Below, one piece after another: positions 9,497 through 20,000 of a DNA stretch of 64,000 bases. This stretch comes from Histomonas meleagridis 2922-C6/04-290x. Lineage: Eukaryota > Protista > Parabasalia. The stretch lies in contig JAANOX010000081.1 in NCBI GenBank assembly GCA_020184695.1, positions 124,001-188,000 on the forward strand, given 5' to 3'. Under the pieces are notes generated by a model, which had not been told where the DNA came from, made no database searches, and saw only the letters and a program-made list of their open reading frames with translations. A program made the position numbers and the translations under genes. The first letter of the stretch is position 1, and every line of letters starts with the position of its first letter.

Positions 9497-9806
9497 TATC
9501 ACATCAAATTTGACTTAGGTTTGTTCGGCTGGTTATTCACACAAATCCCCTTAGCCATTGTAAATTATTGAATTGCCATTGAAAAAGCGTCATTTTTCAT
9601 CGTCCAAAAAAAACACTTTTAAATCATCAATTTCTAAATTTTTTTCTATAATTTTTGTTATTTCATGATACATCACATTTGTATTATTCTGCATAAAAGT
9701 TATTTTCGTATAACTCGATGTTAAACTTTGGATACATTTTCTCTTCATCTTTTGAAAATGTACATTTTGAGTTCAAACTGCTTCTTATTATGTGAAAAAG
9801 TAACAA

Positions 9807-9846
9807 AACCGTCATTGAATAACCGTCATTACTTTTTTACTCACTC
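9807..9846 (+). promoter_or_regulatory. Tandem AACCGTCATT (Myb-site/M3-like) plus Inr TCACTC upstream of the ATG at 9850
   Basis: Exact 10-nt direct repeat at 9807-9816 and 9821-9830; TCACTC at 9841. Confidence 0.4.
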
Positions 9847-9849
9847 ATA

Positions 9850-12800
9850 ATGTCGGAACATACAGAGATTGTTCTCGAACCACAAAGGCAAACCTTCAAA
9901 GAAGAAGGCCCGACAGAAGTCAACACCATTGAAACGACAAATGATGATGGGACAAAAAAACGAATTACTCAGATCACATCGTCAAGCCGTGAAGTTGACA
10001 CAACAACAGATGTCAAGATAACCAAAGTAAAACGAAGTGCTGAGGCAGTTTATAAGGAAGCCGATATTGATATCACTAAGACTATTATTTCAGCTAAGAA
10101 ATTCTTCGTTTATCCTTATTCTGGTGATTTCATCAGCATTGAATCCTTTGATGCTAAAGGAACTTCACCAAAAGTAGCATTTAATAAGATTATTGACGAT
10201 GAACAAACATTTCAAGCAAAGAAACTTTCAACTAAAGTCCCTCCAAAAGGAAAAAGAGCCCAAATTTTAGAAAAGGTTATGGCAGTCAAAGAACTTCTTG
10301 GAGATGATGATACTGATCTTAAGTCATCATTACAAAATGCAGTTAATACTGATGACCAAATAATGTTAGTTCCACTTCAATCCGAAATCCTTGCAAGCTT
10401 CAAGAAGCATTATGCAGAGAATCCAAAATCGAGGTTAGTTTCATTATTAACCGAAACGTTAATTTATACATCACATTTTTGTGAAGTATCCAAATATTCA
10501 CCGCGTGATGTATCTCTTGAATGCAAGAATGTTATACAACATTTAGGAGACAAACTTGACAAAGATACAATATCATTATTATCTGAAATGTCGGAACTTA
10601 CCCAAGCTGATTCAGTAGAACGTTCTCTTATAATGTCCTATGTTCAACTTTTACGTCCAATTGATCAAATCGAAGTTCAAGTTCTTCGATACATCTCATC
10701 TAATATAGAAGATTCATATCTCATTGATGGTAAAACAGATCAACAAATCCGAGTCAAGCGTTATCTTGAGCATGGAAGTGAATTTCCAAAGAAGAAGAAA
10801 CCACTTAAACCGATTGATATCAAAGAACAATTTTCAATTTGCAAACGTGCCTTTAACAAACTTCATGACATTATTGAAAAAGATGGGAAAGAACCACATA
10901 AAGAATATAGCAAATTCTTTAAAGAAGCTGCTCATTTATTTGAAGATATTGAAAAGTATTATTCATATCCAAAAGTTATTCAAAACTCAACAAATTATAT
11001 AACATATGAAGAAACACTTGAAAAAGCGTTACCAATAATTCAAGACTTAAGTAAAGATGCTAAAACTTATGCACAACGTTCAATTGAATCCTTAAAAATC
11101 TTAATTCGATTAGTTTCATATACACAAGATAATGTTATTACAATTAATTCTGCATTCCAATCATTAACTAATGCACGTACTCAATTAGAGAAAGATATTC
11201 AAGAAAGTGATGATCCTGATTTCATACATCGAATGGCTGCTATTTCAGCAAGTATCTTAAAGTTAAACACGATGATCATTCATCCATTGTTACAAGATTC
11301 TAATATCCAATCAATCCAAAAGTCAATAACAACATTACAACAAGATTTAGAATCACGTACTATATCTAATGAATTCCAAATTGCTCATTGGTTATTAGGT
11401 GCTCCACGATTAATTCAAGCGACATTAATCATTAAATTAAAAGATATCTCAATTGAAATGAAAGAAACATCAGATTTAATTAATTCGAATAAAGCAAATT
11501 ATTCTACTAATGATGTTAAACAAGCATCAGATCAATGGATTAATTTCTTAAATCGTAATTCCGATATAATAAATTCTATGTCAGCAGATATTGAACCAGA
11601 TAAAGCTACAAATGCAACAGAATTAATACAAATTCGATCATCATTTGGTACATTATTAACACGTATCGATGGATTAGGTATTGAACAAAATGTCGAAAAG
11701 ATTACTAATGATATTGAAATGGTAATTTCGATGATCCAAAAAGAAAATTATTATCATAAAGCTAAATATGATGATAAACGAGCTAAAGAAGAAAAGGCTA
11801 AATCATCAAAGTCTATGACAGGACATGTATCATTTACTACTGATAAAGATAAGAAAGATGGAACTGATAAACCTACTGATGAAATTATACAACATGAAAT
11901 GAATACGAATCTTTATCCACGATTTTATCCGCAAACTATTCGTCATCCTATATATGAATCTTGGGATCCTGAAACATTTAAAGATATTATACATGTTACT
12001 AAATCAGTACCAATTGATATGCAAATGTTAAGTAAAGTTACAACAGTTAAATTATCACGACATAGAACTACATCAAAAGTTATTAACTTATTATTTAATT
12101 CTTATATTTTAGAAGATTCTAAATCTGTTAGTCGTAATAAAGTTGAAAAACCTGAAGATCCAAAGAAACAAAAAGAAGAATTCGAAAAGATTAAAAATGA
12201 ATTTGATGATGTTCGATCAGAACCTATGAATGAACAATATGATTTTATAGAAAGATCAGTACCAATATTAAATGATATGTATTTAAATGATGATAAAGAA
12301 TTTGCTGAGAAATATGATAACTTAATCTCAAGAATTAATGATATGATAGTTGAATTAGGTACTGAAAAACGATTTATGTTACCACGAAAAGCAGTAACTC
12401 GATTATCAATTCGATTTGAAGCATTATTAGGTATATTAAATACTTATAAAGATATTGATGAAATTAAAAATGATGAAAAGACTTTATCATCAATAGAAAA
12501 TTGGATTGAATATATTAATGAATTATTACGATGTAATAAAATCATTCAAAACGCAGATGATGAAGTAGCTATAGTTGGAGCTAAATCATTTTATTATACA
12601 TATCGTAGTGGTATTTCATCCTTTACACAAAATGCCGAATTATTTGATCAAAAAGCTAAACGAAGATCAGCAGTTAACTTAACTAAATTAATATTACAAT
12701 TAACTGAAATCATCATTAAATTTAATCAATTAATTACATTCACTGAACTTTGTAGTGTTGAAGATGCACAAAAACAACTTCAAGAACTTGAAGAAGAATT

Positions 12801-15147
12801 TAATAAGAATGATGAAGTTAAAGAAATCTTTACAAGTAAATCAGCATTAATGAAACAACAACTTTCATCACCGAATATTAATTCATCAATAGCAGATAAT
12901 ATAGCACAACAATTATCATCAATTCATCAATCATTAGAAAGTAATATTAAGAATGAAGATGATAATGAATATAATTTATTTATCATGACTATAGGAGTTC
13001 GATTAAGTATAATGAATTTACATGTAAGTGATGGAGATATTGATTCTGAATTAAGTGAATTAAGTGAAATTACAATTAATGACTTTAATAACTTAATTAC
13101 ATTTATCCAAAAAGAAATTAATGATTCACCTAAAGGTGTATTAGCTACTAAATGGGTCCAATATTTAAAGGAATGTTTACATGATATTGAAGGAATTCAT
13201 TCTAATTCAGATATAGCATTAAATTCACCTACACGTTATAGTATTATGATGTATAACTTAATTGATATTTCACAATCATTATCTATTTTAGAAAATAAGA
13301 AATTCCCAATTTCAAATACACCTTATAGTCGATTATCATTACATTTAGATAAATTAATTGATTATACTCGTGCACATCGTTCTACTACTGATTCACGTAA
13401 GAAACGTTCTACTGCATTACCATCATTATTACAAGAACAATTATTAAGTACTAAATTAACAACTGATTTCACTACATCTGCATCACATTTCGATGAAATG
13501 TTTTCACCATTTTCTGATGGATTCTTACCAAATAATAATAATTTACAATCACAAATTCAAGATAATTTAGCACAAAAGATATCAATGAAAGATGATTTAA
13601 TATATTCTATTATCCAATTATTAAGTCGATTATTTAGTACACATTCGGATATATTATCACGTAATTATAACATTGGATTAACATCTACACGAGTTACATC
13701 TGAATTATTAATTAGTTTTTGTAAATCAATTATCGAATGTACTGATGAAGCTATTAAATCATTAGAAACTAAAGACATTAAACAACTTGAAGAGAAAATT
13801 AAATTACATATTAATACAATTCAACAAATCCAAAACAAATATGATGATAAAACAGTATATAGTAATTTTGGTCGATTACGTATAGTTATCTTCTCACGTT
13901 ATTGTATGGTAATATCACAATTAACTAAATTAAATATATATCATATTACTAATCAAGAAAATCAATTTGATTTCGATGAAGCACAAGTACAATTCCGATC
14001 AATTCGTCAATCATTTACTACAATCGAACGTAACTTTAATCAAACGTTAGTTGAAGAATCATTTAATCAAATCGAAGTTGTATCACGTTCAATGATTGAA
14101 GAAGATACTTCATTATTCACATCATTAGAATTATTGCAAACAGAATCGAAGTATTGCCAAAACTTACAAGAATTAGTTTCGTTATTAAATGCAGAGAATG
14201 ATGCACGTCTTTGGAAGTCTCGTGACATTGACTTGAAGCTTACTGAGATGGAATATATTAAACCTATTAAAGAAGGAGATAAAATTGCAGCAGATGACTT
14301 AAAGAAAAGTGTTGAAATTGTATATAATTCATTAATAACATTTAGGTCAACATTACAAAATAATGAAGTCGAAGTTACAACTGTTATTACATTAATGAAT
14401 TCATTAGATGAAGTTACAAATGTGTTCTATAAAGATGCTATGAATGTTGAAGGTGAAGAATGTTTCTATAATTTGGTGACTAAATTTAGACAAGAAATTA
14501 TTATTATCATTAATTACATTAAACAACAATTAATAATTGGTACTAATAACTTATGTTCTGATGAAGTTAATATTATGTTACGTTCAATTATTAATTTGTC
14601 ATTACGTATAATTAAACAACTTGATTTAATGCAACAACTTGAAGAACCGAAATTGAACTTAAGTGACTTCTTGTCAAACTTAATCAAACTTTTGTTACTG
14701 ACACGTGATGACTTGTACAACGCTTCATCGAAGTTAAGCATTCAAACTATTGAGGAATTTATTAAGTATATCGGAGGAAGTTTTGAAGTGGTAGCGAATT
14801 CTTTGTTGGTGATCAAGAATTCAAACCAAAGAATCCTGACAAAGATTTTAACAGAAAAAATTAAGATTTTGAGAAGAATAGTATTCGCCACTCAAAGTAT
14901 AATTTCATCGGGTATCGAAATTGAGACATTTATCAACGACTATAGAAACCAATTGATCGAGTCACCAGAGTTTTTGTTTAAGGCAAACTTCGAACCTTTG
15001 GTGAAGGAATTAGTGGAGTTCAAGAAGGCAATACCAAAGATAATTCCGGCTGCTAACACAATGATAAGACTGATGACAACTTTGATTGTAAAGATGAACA
15101 TTATAATTGAGCCCCATTTCGAAGAAAGACCGCTCCTTTCGTTATGA
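9850..15147 (+). CDS. Large hypothetical alpha-helical protein (1765 aa)
   Basis: Uninterrupted ORF with an Inr just upstream; mostly heptad/helical-bundle-like sequence; no family recognised. Confidence 0.85.
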   Translation: MSEHTEIVLEPQRQTFKEEGPTEVNTIETTNDDGTKKRITQITSSSREVDTTTDVKITKVKRSAEAVYKEADIDITKTIISAKKFFVYPYSGDFISIESFDAKGTSPKVAFNKIIDDEQTFQAKKLSTKVPPKGKRAQILEKVMAVKELLGDDDTDLKSSLQNAVNTDDQIMLVPLQSEILASFKKHYAENPKSRLVSLLTETLIYTSHFCEVSKYSPRDVSLECKNVIQHLGDKLDKDTISLLSEMSELTQADSVERSLIMSYVQLLRPIDQIEVQVLRYISSNIEDSYLIDGKTDQQIRVKRYLEHGSEFPKKKKPLKPIDIKEQFSICKRAFNKLHDIIEKDGKEPHKEYSKFFKEAAHLFEDIEKYYSYPKVIQNSTNYITYEETLEKALPIIQDLSKDAKTYAQRSIESLKILIRLVSYTQDNVITINSAFQSLTNARTQLEKDIQESDDPDFIHRMAAISASILKLNTMIIHPLLQDSNIQSIQKSITTLQQDLESRTISNEFQIAHWLLGAPRLIQATLIIKLKDISIEMKETSDLINSNKANYSTNDVKQASDQWINFLNRNSDIINSMSADIEPDKATNATELIQIRSSFGTLLTRIDGLGIEQNVEKITNDIEMVISMIQKENYYHKAKYDDKRAKEEKAKSSKSMTGHVSFTTDKDKKDGTDKPTDEIIQHEMNTNLYPRFYPQTIRHPIYESWDPETFKDIIHVTKSVPIDMQMLSKVTTVKLSRHRTTSKVINLLFNSYILEDSKSVSRNKVEKPEDPKKQKEEFEKIKNEFDDVRSEPMNEQYDFIERSVPILNDMYLNDDKEFAEKYDNLISRINDMIVELGTEKRFMLPRKAVTRLSIRFEALLGILNTYKDIDEIKNDEKTLSSIENWIEYINELLRCNKIIQNADDEVAIVGAKSFYYTYRSGISSFTQNAELFDQKAKRRSAVNLTKLILQLTEIIIKFNQLITFTELCSVEDAQKQLQELEEEFNKNDEVKEIFTSKSALMKQQLSSPNINSSIADNIAQQLSSIHQSLESNIKNEDDNEYNLFIMTIGVRLSIMNLHVSDGDIDSELSELSEITINDFNNLITFIQKEINDSPKGVLATKWVQYLKECLHDIEGIHSNSDIALNSPTRYSIMMYNLIDISQSLSILENKKFPISNTPYSRLSLHLDKLIDYTRAHRSTTDSRKKRSTALPSLLQEQLLSTKLTTDFTTSASHFDEMFSPFSDGFLPNNNNLQSQIQDNLAQKISMKDDLIYSIIQLLSRLFSTHSDILSRNYNIGLTSTRVTSELLISFCKSIIECTDEAIKSLETKDIKQLEEKIKLHINTIQQIQNKYDDKTVYSNFGRLRIVIFSRYCMVISQLTKLNIYHITNQENQFDFDEAQVQFRSIRQSFTTIERNFNQTLVEESFNQIEVVSRSMIEEDTSLFTSLELLQTESKYCQNLQELVSLLNAENDARLWKSRDIDLKLTEMEYIKPIKEGDKIAADDLKKSVEIVYNSLITFRSTLQNNEVEVTTVITLMNSLDEVTNVFYKDAMNVEGEECFYNLVTKFRQEIIIIINYIKQQLIIGTNNLCSDEVNIMLRSIINLSLRIIKQLDLMQQLEEPKLNLSDFLSNLIKLLLLTRDDLYNASSKLSIQTIEEFIKYIGGSFEVVANSLLVIKNSNQRILTKILTEKIKILRRIVFATQSIISSGIEIETFINDYRNQLIESPEFLFKANFEPLVKELVEFKKAIPKIIPAANTMIRLMTTLIVKMNIIIEPHFEERPLLSL

Positions 15148-15485
15148 AAGTAAACGTTGAACATTTAATTTTTGTTTTGATATCATCTGTCTAATGTTTT
15201 TATGATGGAATATTCAGTTTTCGTTTGCTATAATTTGGACACTGCACAAAAAATATAAATTTGTGAATGCGAAGGACTAAGGACTGATTTATGGAGCAGA
15301 GCTATAAATTGTCTTTTAATTACCTGAGAGGAGAATATGTTTTGTACGCTTAATTATGAAAACAGTGATTGTAACACTGCATTATTAAATATGCTTTTAT
15401 TTATGTTGTGCTAATACTCATATACGCAAAGAAATTTCATAAAATTAATATACAGTATGGAACTCATAAAGATAAGATAAGCTAA

Positions 15486-16677
15486 CATCATTCATCATTT
15501 AATGACTCATTTGAAGCAGCGATTCAATATCATCGGAATGATATCTTTCATTATCTTTATGATAATGATTCTAATAGATCTCATTTTTTAATGTTGTTTG
15601 GAAAGTTATGTATTAAGTATCATAACTATGAAATATTATCATTTTTGATTAAAGAAGGAATGCAAATTAATGAATATATTATTAATGAAGCAGCATTATA
15701 TGGAAATTTATATCTTACGAAATATTTTCTTAAAGAAAATCAACTTCCTAAAACCATTTTAATAAATGCTTCTTCTGCATCAGGAAATATTGAACTTGTT
15801 AAATATGTTTTAGATCATGAAGGAATTGATATTAATGTTTAAGATATTTAAATGTTTTATCTTCTGTTTAATCTAATAAATTGACGTTTCAAAATAACAT
15901 TTGAAAATTTTTCATTTTATTTGATATAGCACTTATGAGGGCATCTTTAAAAGATAATATAGAAATAGTTAAATTCCTTCTTGAACAAGAAGGAATCGAT
16001 GTTAATGCGAAAAATGTATTTTTGTTTTGTTTTGTGTTTTTTTAGATCATGTCATGTTTCTAAATAACACTTGGTAATTATTATAATATTTTAAAACAGC
16101 ACTCATGACTGTATCTTTTGAGTGTCATACAGAAATAGTTAAATTACTTCTTGAACACGAAAAAATTAATGTAAATGTAAAAGATATTTATTTGATTTAT
16201 TTTATATTCATTTTAATATTTTGATAATTCAAAATATAATTTGGAATTTCAAGATTTTATTTAATATAGCACTTATGATTGCTTGTGAATGGGGTAATAA
16301 AGATATTGTCAAATTAATTCTTGAACATAAAGACACTGATATCAATTCTACAAATATTTATTTGTTATGTTTTATGTTTGTTTTAATGATTTACTATTTC
16401 AAAATTATATTTGGTATTTATTTGTATTGTTTGAAACAATGCTTATGAGTGCAGCAAAAAACGTAATACAGAAATAATTAAATTGATCCTTGAGCAAAAA
16501 GGAATTGATGTTAATGGTAAATCCGAAATTTATTTTGATAATTTTATGTTCAAGAATAATATTTGGAAATTATTTTAAATATTTTTTACAGCACTTTATT
16601 TTGCTTCTAAACAAGGTAATACAGAAGTAGTCAAATTACTTCAAGAAAGGATTTCAAAGGAAAAGATGCTAATTTAA
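15486..16677 (+). repeat. DUF3447-like + ankyrin-repeat locus A: six ankyrin units separated by conserved spacers; partly decayed
   Basis: AAIQYHRNDIFHYL (DUF3447-like), then TALM..S..G..EIVKLLLE..GIDINAK-type units. The ALM-equivalent codons start at 15929, 16099, 16269, 16439, 16591 (period 170,170,170,152). Stop at 16675-16677. There is a premature TAA at 15840 and a 1-nt loss near 16460. Confidence 0.85.
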
Positions 16678-17085
16678 AATTTTGCATTTCATAATCTCTA
16701 AAATGAAAAATGCATAAAATAATATCCCTTAAATAAAATTAATCACTCTTAATTATTGTTTTGATTTATATGTATATATTAATCCCCTTTTTATTACTAA
16801 ATAATGTCAAAAATATTTTGAGTAATCATTATTAATTTACATTTTTATATAATCATTTATTGGATTTCGTAATAAAAATCATACTATTTTAATTAAACTT
16901 TTCTTGTTTAACACAGTTTTATGCATGTACCTCATAACAACACAATATTTTTTGATTCTTGTACATAAAAGCTTTTTCAGTCATAGCTACAGTGAATTTT
17001 TTCAATTTTTTTCACTTTGCCCTCATGTGTATCTCAGATTTCAATTGTTAAATAATAATAATTCAAATAAAACCACATTATATTT

Positions 17086-20000
17086 TTATTTCAACAAATT
17101 TTCTTCACTTTCCACGTAAGGGATAAAAACTATATTACCATTATCTGTCATTGCCGTCAAAATTCTTTTCTTTAATGAGTAATGCAACATAATAATTTTT
17201 GCAAAACATCGATATAAAATTTCGTCAATCAAATAATATGCCTCAAACACGTAAATTTTACCATTTGAAGTTGCCAACGCAATGAAATCGAAACCTTTTT
17301 CATTTGTCCACGTGATCCATAAGTCGACAACGAAATCGATTTTTATAGTTTTAATTTCTATTCCATTTATATTATACAAAGCCAAATAATATTCTTCTTT
17401 ACCATCGATGATATTAAAACCATTTACGATGATAAATCCCCAATTTTTAGTGATGATAATTTTCTTCGGAATCATTTTAAGTCGAATCGCATGAATTGTC
17501 GTCCCATCAAATAATGAAGAAACAATTAATGAACCATCATCAGTTCCATTAATTATAACACCAAATGTTTCATTACTATATGTACATAATATTGAACTTC
17601 GATAAGTTTTCACAGTAATTTGTGATTTATCATTATTATTATGTATTGTAGAACATGCATTATCATGTGATAACACATAATAATTTTTAGTTGTTGAAAC
17701 ATTTAATATTTTATTACGTAAAATTTCTTTGGAAATTAAATTACATTTTGTTATATCGAAATAATTTATCATATAACCAGAATTAGTTATAACTATTAAA
17801 ACGTTTTTGAAGTTATCATATAAAATCGGATTTTTTAATGATATATTTCCAATATCTTTGTTAAAGACATTAATTTCATTGTTTAAGAAATTAAATACAA
17901 ATAATTTAAGTTCATATTTATCAGTTAATATATAAAATTCAATTATTAAATCATTTTCGAATTTAAAGAAACTAAAAATTATCGAATCAATTTCTAAATT
18001 AATTTTTTTGGATGTCGAAATTATCGAATTTTTAATATTATCATTATTCCTACAACAATGCGGACTAACAAATAATTGCGGAGGAACTTGTCCAACTTGT
18101 TCAAGAGTTGTTTCTACTTCAAGTTTTCTTAATTTATCATTAATGTCTACTTTCTCCCATATATCATCATATAATTCTTCTCTATAAACATTATAATATT
18201 TTTTCGCATTTTCGCCACGTTGTTTATATCCAAATATTAAATCGATCCAATTATTTAAATTCTTAGATGCGTAACTTGATTCTAAAGCTTTACGACTCTT
18301 ATATATGAAATCCATTGGTGAATTTGCCCAATTTGGTAATACCACATTATCTATAGATGTTTCTTTAACTTTACCTAAATCGAATTCATTATTATTCGTA
18401 AGGAATTCAGGTTCGAAAAAGAATTCAGGTATTAATTCTCTATAATCATTCATTTGTGTCAATATTAAATCAAATGTACGTTTCATTGATGAAAATACTC
18501 GCGACGGATTATCAAATCGTCCGCCTTGCATATCGATATGTAATTGTGTAAATGGTTCCATACGTATTAAATATAAAAAGACTGATAAAGGTGATGAAAC
18601 ATATGTACTATAAAGAAATGGCTTAACATCAAATAATTCTAAATCTTTAATCCTTTCAAGTAACTCTTGGAACTTTTCTTTGCCTAATGATCCAATTGGT
18701 TTTGATAAATCTCGGAATATCGTTTCATCATTTAAATCAATTTCTGAATCATCAAAGTTTGTTATTATCCATGGAACTATTGGATATTGTGATGAATCAT
18801 TAAATGAACGTGATGCAATGATATTTAAAAACATTAAATATTCGAAATTAGAGATTTCATTATTTTTCCATTTTTCAGTCATTTGAAATGTATTTATAAA
18901 GTTTTGATAATTTGTTTGTTGAATTATTATTGTTTTAGGCGCTATTGATGATATTTTATTTGTGATATATTTCGACGTTTTATCCAAAAAATCAATGAAA
19001 TATGTTTTACCATTTAATAAAAATATTTCTATTGACGTTTGATGTTGTTTTCTTCTTCGCCAAAAGATATATTTTATTGATGTTAATGGGAAATAATGAA
19101 ATGATTTATCAGATAATATTTTAATATGTTTTTGCGATAAAATAAATGTAGCGTCATATGTATAATTAATTTTTATGACTTCACATTTAGATTGATATAT
19201 AGTTCGTTCATTATAAAACTTTTGATCTTTTTTTGGTTCATTAAATTTTTGTAATTCATCATCAATTGTTAATGGATGTAATTTCTTAGGCTCTTTAACT
19301 TCTTCAATAGTTATACCTAAATCCCTCATTTTAGAAGCTGTCTTATGCTTATCGAAATGTCGATTTAATTTTGTTCTAAATGGGCAAAAGTTAACATTTA
19401 ATGTATTATCACGTTTATAATGATGTTTTATATCATAAGAAACTCCCCACGGTGCATAATCAGTTGCCATTTGACTCCATAAAACTCTCCAACTCTTTGT
19501 AGTTATTTCTAAATTCTTCTTTATTATATGAGTAGTTTGAATCAAATGATTAATTGATATTAATTCATAATTGTTTTGATTATTTATGAATTTATTTAAT
19601 GATTTTTTATAACAATTCATTGAAAAGTTTCGAATATTTTGTATAATTCCTTGTGATACATTTGCTAAGTTTGGTATTGGTATGTTTAAATCATTTATAG
19701 GATTACGTTTATATAAATAATATTTAATAATAACTGAATATACTTGAGTAGATATAATATCTGATTTTTCACATAGTTTTAATATTCGTAATGATAATTG
19801 TGAATCTTCCCATTGGAATACGTTTTGGGAGAAAAACATTCTTAAGCCAAAATAATAATTCGATTGGTTTAAGTTTGAATCAATTATTTTATATTCTAAA
19901 TCATTTTCGATATCAATTTCATTTTGTTCTTTATCAAAGAAATTTTTCCAAGTTTTTATTGTATCATTTTTAACATTTGATAAAATTTGTTTATTTTCAT

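Noticed and set aside
15846-16435. CRISPR-like periodicity, or canonical GT-AG splicing of the ankyrin spacers
   Set aside because: The repeats are protein-coding units in a eukaryote with no cas genes. Several spacers start with AT, none has the ACTAAC branch point, and a first-GT to ACAG join is out of frame. A GT at spacer offset 14 would restore frame but is present in only 4 of 7 long-type spacers, so it is not excluded.
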